Shown here in pieces: positions 22,603 through 31,268 of a DNA stretch of 58,183 bases (its first letter is position 1; the number at the start of each line of letters is the position of its first letter). The notes below the pieces were generated by a model that was not told the origin of the DNA, did no database searches, and saw only the letters and a list, made by a program, of their open reading frames with translations. A program made the position numbers and the translations under genes. Where the stretch lies: positions 1 to 58,183 of IMG/VR virus record IMGVR_UViG_3300034069_000553. One strand, given 5' to 3'. This DNA is from a virus.

Positions 22603-23207
22603 CGCTGGCCCGTCCATTCCCTCCTGAGCACCTCGCTTTCGAGGGTGTGGGCGGCTTCGTGCCTTCACCGGAGCTTCTTGCTTGGGCGCGGAGCACGTTC
22701 ATTGAGGACGGCGCGAGCTTACAAAACCCCGAGCATGAGCACCTTCAGCAAGCCAAGCTGGGATTCCTGTGGACGAACGAACCGAACGGCAGGCGCGGGC
22801 GCGTGATCTTGGGAACCTGCCAGCTGCTGCCCCCGACAGGCGACAAGTGGAGCATCGGCGCGCGTGTGCTTCAGCTGAGCGAGTGGTTCGTGGGGATGCC
22901 CGACTTTCTTATCACGATCTTCGCGCCGGCCGCCGTGGAGATGGACAACGCCAGTTTCATGGCACTGGTCGAGCACGAGCTGTATCATGCAAGTCAGAAG
23001 CGATCAGCGGAAGGCGAGCCGATGTTCAGCCGCGAGACTGGAGAACCGATTTGGGCGACGCGCGCCCACGACGTGGAGCAATTTGTCGGCGTTGTGCGGC
23101 GCTACGGCGCCCAAGCCGCGATGGTCGAGGATATGGTCGCAGCGGCAAACGCCGGCCCCGAGATCGCGCCAGCACGGATAGCTTTCGGGTGCGGGAACTG
23201 CCTGTGA
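22599..23207 (+). CDS. putative phage metallopeptidase
   Basis: ALVEHELYHAS (HExxH); GTGA overlap with the upstream gene. Confidence 0.55.
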   Translation: MTLARPFPPEHLAFEGVGGFVPSPELLAWARSTFIEDGASLQNPEHEHLQQAKLGFLWTNEPNGRRGRVILGTCQLLPPTGDKWSIGARVLQLSEWFVGMPDFLITIFAPAAVEMDNASFMALVEHELYHASQKRSAEGEPMFSRETGEPIWATRAHDVEQFVGVVRRYGAQAAMVEDMVAAANAGPEIAPARIAFGCGNCL

Positions 23208-23395
23208 AGGGGCAGTGGACTCCGTGGACAAGTGGCCCTCGTCCCGATCTTGGAGCCGCAAAGTGCTTGGTGCGCATCCGCTGCCGAACCCGAGAGGAAG
23301 CAGAGCGCACTCAAGAACCAACGACGCCCGCTCAATGGCCGCGCTGGCAGCATAACGGCGGGCCAGGCGACATTGTAGAAATCAAGGAGGTGTAG
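23204..23395 (+). CDS. hypothetical small protein
   Basis: GTGA-coupled; KGQWTPW...WQHNGGPGDIVEIKEV. Confidence 0.4.
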   Translation: MKGQWTPWTSGPRPDLGAAKCLVRIRCRTREEAERTQEPTTPAQWPRWQHNGGPGDIVEIKEV

Positions 23396-23929
23396 ATGGA
23401 TAACGACTTCAACGGAATGACGGGAAACGAGCAACCGTCAATTCCGCTTCGCTGTTTTGATATCAAGATCAAGACCAGCGCCGCGGTCGTGATGACCGAT
23501 GAGCTTCGCCAGACGATCGCAAACGCCGTGTGGCGGTGCTTGCCGGCAGCAGAAGACGGCGATGTCGAGATTATGGACATTCCTCCACCCCGGAGAACGG
23601 CAATGTCTGATGTGGTGGTAACGCAAGCGGACCGCGAGGCAGCGCTATCGCTGATCGGCGGTGTCTGGGATGACGCCGACCGTGTTGCGATCCGGGCCGG
23701 GCAGCGAGATACCTTATCCGTCATTCGCGCCTTCGCCCGTCACCGGATGGACGCCACGCGCGATCTGCTGGAGGCGCTGGAAGAAATCAGCGGCCTTGTC
23801 CTGCGGGCCTTCGACGGCGAGTTGGTCGCACCACACGCCCTTGATGCGATTGATGACGTGGCGAAGGCCCACCTCGCCAAGGCCCGCAGCACCACTCCCG
23901 ACACCCCCTCTCAGGGAGAGGGCCTGTGA
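23396..23929 (+). CDS. hypothetical protein
   Basis: SD aaggagg upstream of the ATG. Confidence 0.6.
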   Translation: MDNDFNGMTGNEQPSIPLRCFDIKIKTSAAVVMTDELRQTIANAVWRCLPAAEDGDVEIMDIPPPRRTAMSDVVVTQADREAALSLIGGVWDDADRVAIRAGQRDTLSVIRAFARHRMDATRDLLEALEEISGLVLRAFDGELVAPHALDAIDDVAKAHLAKARSTTPDTPSQGEGL

Positions 23930-24114
23930 TGTCCCCCAGCGTCGGTGAGCCCGGCTACCTGCCGTATTGCGGCGGCTGTTCGACCATGATGCGCATGCAC
24001 CGCGACGAGGCCAAGAAGGCGTTCGTTTGCCGCTCGTGTGGGTTGGAAACACGTCGGGTCAACGGCGAGGACATTTTCGACCGCACTGCCCCCTCTCAGG
24101 GTACAGGACAATGA
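23926..24114 (+). CDS. small zinc-ribbon protein
   Basis: CGGC...CRSC pairs. Confidence 0.5.
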   Translation: MMSPSVGEPGYLPYCGGCSTMMRMHRDEAKKAFVCRSCGLETRRVNGEDIFDRTAPSQGTGQ

Positions 24115-24554
24115 GCCGGGTGGACCTGATGGCGCTGGCGGAGCGCTGCGAACAGGCGGGCGGGCCGGATCGCGATTTAGATGCGCTGATCGCACCGCTT
24201 CAAGGCTTGCGGATTGTGGACGAGGGGCACCCGATCGGCCGCATGTGCTATGATGACATAGGCTGCGCGCTCATCATGCCCCGCTACACCGCCTCGCTCG
24301 ACGCCGCGATGATGCTGGTGCCGGAAGGGTGGCGTATTTGGACTGCTGACTTTTCGATTGAGGGTCAGTTCGTCTGGATGCTGTGCGGCCCCAAGCTGAC
24401 GTGGATCGTGGATGAAGACGGCAACCGGGAAGGCGGAAGCGATTGGTATCAATCCGGCGCTTCCAGAACGCCTGCGCTGGCCCTTGCCGCCGCTGCTCTC
24501 CGCGCCCACGCCCAGCATCCCTCCCCAGATACCGGGGGTGTCCACCATGGGTGA
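24111..24554 (+). CDS. hypothetical phage protein
   Basis: ATGA-coupled start (MSRVDLMALAERCEQ...). Confidence 0.55.
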   Translation: MSRVDLMALAERCEQAGGPDRDLDALIAPLQGLRIVDEGHPIGRMCYDDIGCALIMPRYTASLDAAMMLVPEGWRIWTADFSIEGQFVWMLCGPKLTWIVDEDGNREGGSDWYQSGASRTPALALAAAALRAHAQHPSPDTGGVHHG

Positions 24555-24981
24555 GCGGGTCATTCATCTTCGCAACGGGCGGGCATTGCGCTCGCCGCGG
24601 ACGCTCGGCGAAGGCTCGACGTGGTGCGGCAAGAAGCTGCTTGGCAAGCCGCTCGAGCATGAAGCCGTTGAGACTTTCAACAGTTACGGCAGCGACGTGC
24701 ATGTCACGATCGATCCTTCCGCCGGGTCGTGTCAGCGGTGCCGAGAAGCCTTCGACGCCGCCTACAAAGAAGCATTCCCCGAAGGCTTGAAGCCAATCGC
24801 CACGTTCCAGTTGGGCGATGAAGCCGACATGGCACGCGCCCGCAAGCTGCTCAGCCCTGACGCGCTACGCCAATTCTTCTCACCAGACGGCGGCGGGTTG
24901 TCAGCATTGCAACAGGCGATCCGCGACGACCACCGCGATACCGGGGGTGTCCAAGACGCTCCCCAGGAGCAATCCGCATGA
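24547..24981 (+). CDS. hypothetical protein
   Basis: ATG 24547 (MGERVIHL...). Confidence 0.55.
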   Translation: MGERVIHLRNGRALRSPRTLGEGSTWCGKKLLGKPLEHEAVETFNSYGSDVHVTIDPSAGSCQRCREAFDAAYKEAFPEGLKPIATFQLGDEADMARARKLLSPDALRQFFSPDGGGLSALQQAIRDDHRDTGGVQDAPQEQSA

Positions 24982-25346
24982 CTACTCATTCACCCGGCCC
25001 GTGGTCGCTTGATGGCAATGATCTGCGTGACGATGCGCAAATGATCCTGTCCGATGAGACCGGCTGTCCAATCGCTGAAGCGTATCTGCAAGCGCGTACT
25101 GGCGAATGTGAGGCGAATGCCCGCCACATCGCCGCTATCCCGGCCATGCGCGCGTTCATCGAACAGGCGCTGCCGCTCCTGCGCATCTATCTGGGCGGCG
25201 ACCTGAACGGCGGGTGCAAGTCTGATGCGGACGGCAAGCCCGATCGCGCCACACTGGACCCTGATTTTCTTCCGCTGGTGCTGGCCTGCGAGGCTGCAAT
25301 TGTCTCGGGTGAGCACGCCCTTGCCGTCGCGGATCATTCCGCATGA
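24978..25346 (+). CDS. hypothetical phage protein
   Basis: GPW...ANARHIAAIPAMRAF pattern common in small phage proteins. Confidence 0.55.
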   Translation: MTTHSPGPWSLDGNDLRDDAQMILSDETGCPIAEAYLQARTGECEANARHIAAIPAMRAFIEQALPLLRIYLGGDLNGGCKSDADGKPDRATLDPDFLPLVLACEAAIVSGEHALAVADHSA

Positions 25347-26113
25347 CCGGAGCACCCAACACCATGACGAATGAACTGAAGCCGTGTCCGTTTTGCGGAA
25401 AAGATTTGTATCGCCGTCCGCGCCAAATGAATGACTATGGACGCTGCGAGACGGAAGGCTGCTGGGCACACGAACGCAAAATCACCGTGCCAGTCGATGA
25501 CCACAGACAGGTCGCTGCCTGGAACACCCGCGTCCCTCCGTCCCCGTCTTCATCCCTAAGCGGGGAGGATGTGGAGGAACTCGATATCCAAGCGCTTGCA
25601 TCAGCCATCCATGACGCCCGTTACGATCAAGGACGTGACGCTTCCACGTGGTCGCCGTTCGATGCCGAGCCGCATTCTGGCAAGGTCTATTGCCTGCGCA
25701 TCGCCAATGCTGTGCTTCTGCACCTTCTCGCCGCCCTCCGATCCTCTCCCACAGAGGAAGCAGTAGCTGCGGAGCGGCTCCGTATCCGCGACGAGATTGT
25801 CAACACGCCGGAAACCGCTGATTTTATGGTCGGGGTGCCTTTGGAAGCGCTGCACCAGCGTGAGCGGTGGGGCGCTGCGCACGATGCCGGCAAGACCGCG
25901 CTCGATTGGTATTGGCTGCTGGGATATCTTGGTCAGAAGGCCGCGCGTGCCGCCGAAGCTGGCGATATAGACAAAGCCAAGCACCACACGATTAGCACCG
26001 CAGCCGCGCTCGCCAATTGGCACGCTGCGCTCTCTGGCGCTGACACCGCTATGCGCCCCGGCATTGACCCGGTTGAGCATGGCATCCGCACCCCACAAGA
26101 GCAGGAGGGCTGA
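25343..26113 (+). CDS. Lar-like restriction-alleviation zinc ribbon fused to a ~170-aa helical C-terminal domain
   Basis: LKPCPFCGKDL...CETEGCWAH...VAAWNTR at the N-terminus. Confidence 0.6.
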   Translation: MTGAPNTMTNELKPCPFCGKDLYRRPRQMNDYGRCETEGCWAHERKITVPVDDHRQVAAWNTRVPPSPSSSLSGEDVEELDIQALASAIHDARYDQGRDASTWSPFDAEPHSGKVYCLRIANAVLLHLLAALRSSPTEEAVAAERLRIRDEIVNTPETADFMVGVPLEALHQRERWGAAHDAGKTALDWYWLLGYLGQKAARAAEAGDIDKAKHHTISTAAALANWHAALSGADTAMRPGIDPVEHGIRTPQEQEG

Positions 26114-26117
26114 GACT

Positions 26118-26609
26118 GTGAGCGCAATCATCAGCGACTGCGGCGTGTATCGCTACCGACTTGAGCGGGAAGGACGCGGCACCGGGTCAACGGCTATCAT
26201 CATGGTCAATCCGTCAACGGCTGACGGGGAACAGGACGATGCCACCATTCGCAAGCTGCGCGGGTTTGCCGAGCGCCATCAATGGGGCAGGATCGTCGTC
26301 GGAAACCTGTTCGCCTTCCGAGCTACAGACGTGCGTGCGCTGGCGACTGCCGCAGACGCGATAGGTCCGCTCAACGATCATCATCTGAACATTGTGCTTC
26401 AACAGGCCGATCAGGTCGTGTTCGCCTGGGGGCCTGTCGCGAAGCAGCCGCGAGCGCTTCGTCAGCGCTGGCGGCATGTTGATCGAATGGCCCGCAGCCT
26501 TGCCCATGTCCCGCTGTGCATCGGGGCGCCAGCAAAAGACGGCCATCCCCGTCATCCCCTTATGCTTGCCTACGCCGAGCCAATCCAGCCTTGGAGCCTG
26601 CCCGCATGA
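26118..26609 (+). CDS. DUF1643-family protein
   Basis: CGVYRYRLER...IMVNPSTADGEQDDATIRK...VGNLFAFRATD...GHPRHPLML. Confidence 0.7.
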   Translation: MSAIISDCGVYRYRLEREGRGTGSTAIIMVNPSTADGEQDDATIRKLRGFAERHQWGRIVVGNLFAFRATDVRALATAADAIGPLNDHHLNIVLQQADQVVFAWGPVAKQPRALRQRWRHVDRMARSLAHVPLCIGAPAKDGHPRHPLMLAYAEPIQPWSLPA

Positions 26610-27574
26610 CCGACACCCCATCCCCCAGCCATGCTCTTTCCGATAAGCGGGAGGCCTTGTCCATGCGTCACGAATGCACCTGCGCATGTCACACCACGCC
26701 CGGCATGATGCACTTTAGGCCTTGCTGCCGCCCGCGTGATGCGATGACCGACTTAGGCGATCATTTGGGCCATGAGGCTGCCGCCCTCACCGATAGCACC
26801 CCTGCCGCCGATGCGGCAGACCGCGTGCACAAGCTTTTGGCAGATGATGCAGTCTGCAATAGCCGTGTCACTAGCGACACCGTGGACCGTATTGCAGCGA
26901 TGGTCGGCGCCCCTGCCGCTGCGCCGGGCGGCGGGTTGCTGGCGAAGGCGGCGGTTGCCGAATTGCAAGCGCTCGCCGCCCTTATCAAACGCCCGCCCTT
27001 GGATGACGTGCTTTTGGAGAAGCCGGTCGCGCTGCGAGCCGCTGCGGCGATCAGAGTGCTTCTCGCCACCCCCCAGCATCCCGACACCGATACCCCTGCG
27101 ATCCCGGAAGGAGCGTGGCGTTCGATCGACAGTGCGCCGACGGACGCGACGATTGTGGACGTGTGGGCTGGCGGTAAGCGATGGACGAATGCGTACTTCG
27201 GGCGGAAAGACCATTTTAGCCGCGCACCTTGGGGCGAGCCGGGTTGGCAAAACTGCGGTTCGATTGTGCCTGATTATTGGATGCCGCAACCGGCCGCGCC
27301 AGACGCATCAGACCAGCCCTCCGGTGAGAAGCCCGTACAGGCATCCGTGGCGATGGATGAGGCTGCGCGGGTTGCTTGGCATATGCCGACGAGCGCGCCT
27401 GAACTGACGGTGCCGGGATTGGCGCGCTGGATTGAAGCGGTGCGCAATGCCGCTTTCGCAGGCGGTGCTCGACATGACGCGATCAGCACCGCCGAAGCTA
27501 CGGCGCTCCTGCCGCACTTGCTCGCCTTTGCCACCGCTACCCAGCAGCCCGTAAAAGGGGGTGACGAGGCATGA
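26606..27574 (+). CDS. hypothetical protein, possible DUF551-like C-terminus
   Basis: ATGA-coupled; W-rich C-terminus ending YWMPQPAAP. Confidence 0.5.
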   Translation: MTDTPSPSHALSDKREALSMRHECTCACHTTPGMMHFRPCCRPRDAMTDLGDHLGHEAAALTDSTPAADAADRVHKLLADDAVCNSRVTSDTVDRIAAMVGAPAAAPGGGLLAKAAVAELQALAALIKRPPLDDVLLEKPVALRAAAAIRVLLATPQHPDTDTPAIPEGAWRSIDSAPTDATIVDVWAGGKRWTNAYFGRKDHFSRAPWGEPGWQNCGSIVPDYWMPQPAAPDASDQPSGEKPVQASVAMDEAARVAWHMPTSAPELTVPGLARWIEAVRNAAFAGGARHDAISTAEATALLPHLLAFATATQQPVKGGDEA

Positions 27575-27711
27575 ACATCTGGGAAGCTGCTACACAGGGA
27601 GGCTCTTTTGGCCTCGCTTTCGGCTTCGGGCATCGAATAGCGGAAGCAATCTGGCGTCGTATTCGTGCAGCCCTGTCCTCCCCTATGGATAGGGAGGGGG
27701 ACCATGACTGA
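27571..27711 (+). CDS. hypothetical small protein (46 aa)
   Basis: ATGA-coupled ORF below the track cutoff. Confidence 0.3.
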   Translation: MNIWEAATQGGSFGLAFGFGHRIAEAIWRRIRAALSSPMDREGDHD

Positions 27712-27970
27712 CGTAGCAGCAATTGCGGCCAAGCTGACGAAGGCGCAGCGCGCCATCGTTGGTGGGGATTGCCGCGATATCGGCAATCCGCCCGTCTGGT
27801 TCCTGGTATGGCCCGATCATTCGTCGCTGAGAGGCGCAAAGACGCTGGCCATTCTCACCCGGCTCGGTGTCGTTGAGCGCACCCGTTTCGGCCCGACTAG
27901 CCTCACCCCCATGGGCCTCACCGTCCGCGCCCATATCCTATCCGAAAGCACGAAGCATGAGCAAGATTGA
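27704..27970 (+). CDS. hypothetical, possible winged-helix protein
   Basis: ILTRLGVVERT...LTPMGLTVRAHI. Confidence 0.45.
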   Translation: MTDVAAIAAKLTKAQRAIVGGDCRDIGNPPVWFLVWPDHSSLRGAKTLAILTRLGVVERTRFGPTSLTPMGLTVRAHILSESTKHEQD

Positions 27971-28283
27971 CTGGTCCAAGGCAGGCACCCGCCTGAGGCG
28001 CACGATCCAAGACACCAGGGATGGCGGCACCAACCCAGATTGGAATCACATCGATAAGCGCTGGAAGCGTATTGAGGAATACGCCGGCGAAAGCCTCACC
28101 GCGGATCAAGTCTTCGCGAGAGCCCCCTGTGCGCACTGCCGAGCGGCAATCGCTGCTCCGTGCGTGGACGCCAACCAGCGCGTTATGGACGGAGCCCACA
28201 ACGAAAGGCGCATCGCGGCCGGCAATGCCATGGTCGCGGAAGGATGGTCGCTAGACAACCTGCAAAGACTGGCGCATGAGTAA
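27957..28283 (+). CDS. hypothetical protein
   Basis: ATG 27957 (MSKIDWSK...). Confidence 0.5.
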   Translation: MSKIDWSKAGTRLRRTIQDTRDGGTNPDWNHIDKRWKRIEEYAGESLTADQVFARAPCAHCRAAIAAPCVDANQRVMDGAHNERRIAAGNAMVAEGWSLDNLQRLAHE

Positions 28284-28287
28284 CGAC

Positions 28288-28294
28288 GGCACAC
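28288..28294 (+). promoter_or_regulatory. GGCACAC leader box
   Basis: GGCACACAAGGAGGACAT-ATG(28306). Confidence 0.4.
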
Positions 28295-28305
28295 AAGGAG
28301 GACAT

Positions 28306-28716
28306 ATGAAGATAGCACTTTTCTGCGCGGCGGCCGTTATCGGCGCCACAGCATGGGGGCAGTTGCGCGAATCCCACAAGCAGACCACCGGCATCTGTCA
28401 CGCCATCGACGGCGATACGATCCGCTGCGGCGATCAGCGCATTCGCCTCAACGGCATAGACGCCCCCGAAATGCCCGGCCATTGCCGCCGCGGCCGCGCT
28501 TGCGTGCCCGGCGACCCGATCGCCAGTCGCGATCACCTTGCCGTGCTGCTAAGCCACGGGCCGGCGCAGGTGGAGGCGTTGAAGACCGATCGCTATGGCC
28601 GCACCGTCGCCCAGGTCACGGTGGAGGGCATCGACCTGTCCTGCGCGCAGCTCGACCATGCATCGTACATTGCAAAATGGGACGAGGGAGGCCGCACTGC
28701 GGCGGCGTGCGAATGA
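28306..28716 (+). CDS. staphylococcal-nuclease (thermonuclease)-like nuclease with an N-terminal signal/anchor
   Basis: MKIALFCAAAVIGATAWG then IDGDTIRCGDQRIRLNGIDAPE...DRYGRTVAQV. Confidence 0.7.
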   Translation: MKIALFCAAAVIGATAWGQLRESHKQTTGICHAIDGDTIRCGDQRIRLNGIDAPEMPGHCRRGRACVPGDPIASRDHLAVLLSHGPAQVEALKTDRYGRTVAQVTVEGIDLSCAQLDHASYIAKWDEGGRTAAACE

Positions 28717-28970
28717 GCCGGTTGGACGACGCGCTGGCGCGCTTTGAAGCTTTGATTAATCCCGACACAATGCAGCTAAACACGGATAATTACATGACCA
28801 TCTCGGTGTCTCTCAGCCGTTTAAGGGAAGCGATGTGCCGCCAGCGCGAAGATCGCGTGAAGGCGCTCGAAGTCGCCGCCGAGCGCCTCGGTCCGCTAGT
28901 AAACGCAGATGCGGTGATCGCCGATGCCATTGCCTTCGCTCGCTATCTGGACCCGTTCAATGGCGAGTGA
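28713..28970 (+). CDS. hypothetical protein
   Basis: ATGA-coupled. Confidence 0.5.
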   Translation: MSRLDDALARFEALINPDTMQLNTDNYMTISVSLSRLREAMCRQREDRVKALEVAAERLGPLVNADAVIADAIAFARYLDPFNGE

Positions 28971-29175
28971 GGAAGAGTTCTTGGGACGCCCTATGGAGCC
29001 CGGCCCGGTCAAGCACAATCCTAACGCCATCCCAGCGCGGGCTCGACTCGTCAGGGAAGCGTTCATGGAGGTGGCCCGCGATGAGCTGGACCTTCGCGCC
29101 GTGGCTGGATTGGAAGTCGCGGCGGAACTGTGCAGCGACGACACGCTTGCCAGACTGGGAAGGCTGCTGAAATGA
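28960..29175 (+). CDS. hypothetical protein
   Basis: ATG 28960 (MASEEEFLG...). Confidence 0.45.
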   Translation: MASEEEFLGRPMEPGPVKHNPNAIPARARLVREAFMEVARDELDLRAVAGLEVAAELCSDDTLARLGRLLK

Positions 29176-29366
29176 GCGGGATGCCGGAAGGCTGGACGAC
29201 CGTTCTGTTCGCCGAGTGCCTGGACCGCTGCGCCAGCTTCGGCGACCCGGAGTGCTTGTCGGTTGAACCGGCCTGCAAGCCGTGCGCCGAATGCCTGACT
29301 GCGTGCAGGATCGACCCGCCACCGCCGCCACCTGACCCAGCGGCAGTTGTTCGGCCGCTTCTATGA
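29172..29366 (+). CDS. hypothetical Cys-rich small protein
   Basis: ATGA-coupled; multiple Cys. Confidence 0.45.
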   Translation: MSGMPEGWTTVLFAECLDRCASFGDPECLSVEPACKPCAECLTACRIDPPPPPPDPAAVVRPLL

Positions 29367-29686
29367 TCTGGCAGGTCATGCTCGATAGCGGTGCCACCCT
29401 GCCCTTCGGCTGGCCCGACCGCGAGCGCGCGCGTGCAGATCTGCGCCGCTACAATGCCAAGGCTCGCGCCAGCCAGGCGGCTATGGCGCGGGGTGACGAG
29501 CTGGTGGCCCTACGCCTCGCTGTCGCGATCGTCTCGTTCAAGCCGCGCAAGATGGATGTGAACTCCGGCAAGGCGAAAGGTGGCAGGGCGCGCGCCGCCA
29601 AGCTGTCGCCCGAGCGGCGCAGCGAGATCGCCAAGGAGGCGGCCAAAAGGCGATGGGCGCGACAAAGGGGCTTGCAAGAAGCGTGA
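29363..29686 (+). CDS. hypothetical protein with a basic C-terminal tail
   Basis: KGGRARAAKLSPERRSEIAKEAAKRRW. Confidence 0.5.
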   Translation: MIWQVMLDSGATLPFGWPDRERARADLRRYNAKARASQAAMARGDELVALRLAVAIVSFKPRKMDVNSGKAKGGRARAAKLSPERRSEIAKEAAKRRWARQRGLQEA

Positions 29687-29706
29687 GTCATGGTAGGAGT
29701 GGCGGC

Positions 29707-29713
29707 GGCACAC
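29707..29713 (+). promoter_or_regulatory. GGCACAC leader box
   Basis: GGCACACAAGGAGAATGAA-ATG(29726). Confidence 0.4.
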
Positions 29714-29725
29714 AAGGAGAATGAA

Positions 29726-30142
29726 ATGTCCGTCATTACAATGATTCCCGCGTTCCGCGCCACTGAGATCGAAGAAACCGGCGATGTGACAGTCTACTAC
29801 ACGGAGGGCGTGATCGGTTATTCGGTCACCATCGAGTGGGCGAATATCTTGCCCGATAGCGTGGACTTCATCGAGGCGGCCAAGGCGGAGCTGATCGATT
29901 TCGTCAGCGGCCATTCCGGCACGCTCGCCGATCAGATCGCGGTCGCCGGGTATCTGAGCGATGTCAGCAACCGTCGCATCCTCTCGCGCGAGGCCGCCGA
30001 GGACTTGGCGACGGCCATCGGCATCTGGAAGGACCGCACTGACGTGGAGGCAGATGTTCGGCGCCGGCTGGGCCTGCCGCTGCGCTCCTGCCAGCTTGGC
30101 TTGGCCCCAGTAATCCACGCCGATGGCGGTGTCTGGGCATAA
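29726..30142 (+). CDS. hypothetical protein
   Basis: strong SD aaggag upstream. Confidence 0.6.
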   Translation: MSVITMIPAFRATEIEETGDVTVYYTEGVIGYSVTIEWANILPDSVDFIEAAKAELIDFVSGHSGTLADQIAVAGYLSDVSNRRILSREAAEDLATAIGIWKDRTDVEADVRRRLGLPLRSCQLGLAPVIHADGGVWA

Positions 30143-30175
30143 GCGAGACCCTTGTTTCCATCGCAAGGCAACCGA

Positions 30176-30205
30176 GCCCTCCCCGCCAGACCCGGCGGGG
30201 AGGGC
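30176..30205 (+). terminator. GC-rich hairpin, possible terminator
   Basis: 12-bp stem gccctccccgcc/ggcggggagggc, loop agaccc, weak T-tract (ttcggct). Confidence 0.5.
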
Positions 30206-30225
30206 TTCGGCTATGTGAGATTGTG

Positions 30226-30261
30226 ACGTGACGGGGCTTGCGTTCGCTATCGCCGTCACGT
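30226..30261. promoter_or_regulatory. 9-bp inverted repeat ACGTGACGG-N18-CCGTCACGT (operator or RNA hairpin) overlapping a possible promoter
   Basis: Lies in a 151-nt intergenic gap. GTGACGG-N11-GCTATCGC loosely fits my recollection of the Caulobacter-type TTGACGS/GCTANAWC promoter. Confidence 0.4.
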
Positions 30262-30273
30262 AACATCGGTAGC

Positions 30274-30280
30274 GGCACAC
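30274..30280 (+). promoter_or_regulatory. GGCACAC leader box
   Basis: GGCACACAAGGAGATGAATC-ATG(30294). Confidence 0.4.
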
Positions 30281-30293
30281 AAGGAGATGAATC

Positions 30294-30644
30294 ATGCTCG
30301 ATCAGTTCCGAAAGACCCAGCTTCAGCGCACCGACACCGCCAACCTTCGGGCCGCTGTCGCTTGGGGCTCCATCAACGCCCGCGGCTCCGACGAAACCGA
30401 GTTCGCCACCGCGCATCTGTCCGAGCGCGAGAAGCTGATTGCCCGCGGCACCCAGCGCGATGCGCAGGCGCTGGACGCCGGCTACACCAGGCTCGTCTAT
30501 ATCGACGGCGGCTGCGAGGGTGGCGAGTTTCTCGTCCGCCATGATGCTGACCTCGACGGCCGCTTCAAGGCTTGGGGCATAGACTGGCAGGACTGGACCT
30601 GGGTGAACGGCTGCAACGTCCTGATCGAAGACGGTGCGGCATGA
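30294..30644 (+). CDS. hypothetical protein
   Basis: SD aaggag; coding bias. Confidence 0.6.
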   Translation: MLDQFRKTQLQRTDTANLRAAVAWGSINARGSDETEFATAHLSEREKLIARGTQRDAQALDAGYTRLVYIDGGCEGGEFLVRHDADLDGRFKAWGIDWQDWTWVNGCNVLIEDGAA

Positions 30645-30808
30645 GCGGCGATCTCATCAAGCGCGCAGCAGTCACCCGCCGCCGCGTGCGCGGTTACAAG
30701 CCATGCAGGCTTGTTACCAACCGCATGAACAAGCGCGGCCAGGTCCTTCTTCAGTTCGAGGATGGCAGTCGCCTCTGGATGGATGCCAGCAAGGTGGACC
30801 GAACGTAA
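30641..30808 (+). CDS. hypothetical small protein (55 aa)
   Basis: ATGA-coupled. Confidence 0.4.
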   Translation: MSGDLIKRAAVTRRRVRGYKPCRLVTNRMNKRGQVLLQFEDGSRLWMDASKVDRT

Positions 30809-30975
30809 TGGCCGCCACACCTGCCGAACGACAGAAGGCACATCGCCAGAGGCAAGCCGAGCGCTCTCTCCGCATGGAGGGGGCGCTTCGCGCTGTGCTG
30901 GAATCCCTCGACGGCAACAGCAAGCCGCTCGCGGTCAAGCTGCGCACCATTGTCCAGGAAGGGCTGAAGCCATGA
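30808..30975 (+). CDS. hypothetical small protein (55 aa)
   Basis: TAATG-coupled. Confidence 0.4.
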   Translation: MAATPAERQKAHRQRQAERSLRMEGALRAVLESLDGNSKPLAVKLRTIVQEGLKP

Positions 30976-31268
30976 CGATGATCGAGATGGTGGCGCGCGC
31001 GATCTGCGAAGCCGACTGTGGGCGTGTCACCGAGGACGAACTGGCGCGCTGCACCGAACTCGCTCGTGCTGCGCTGGAAGCCATGTGCGAGCCCACGCAC
31101 GAGATCATCAAAGCCATGGCTGAGAGCCGCGCACGCGACGACGAGGGGGAGTTCCCGCCCGTTTGTGACCTGATCGACTACAGCGGGGAGAACAAGCGCT
31201 ATACGGTCTTGAAGCAAGCGTGGCGTGATGGGATCGGCGCGGCACTGCTGACGCCAGGTAAGCAGTGA
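30972..31268 (+). CDS. hypothetical protein
   Basis: ATGA-coupled. Confidence 0.5.
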   Translation: MTMIEMVARAICEADCGRVTEDELARCTELARAALEAMCEPTHEIIKAMAESRARDDEGEFPPVCDLIDYSGENKRYTVLKQAWRDGIGAALLTPGKQ

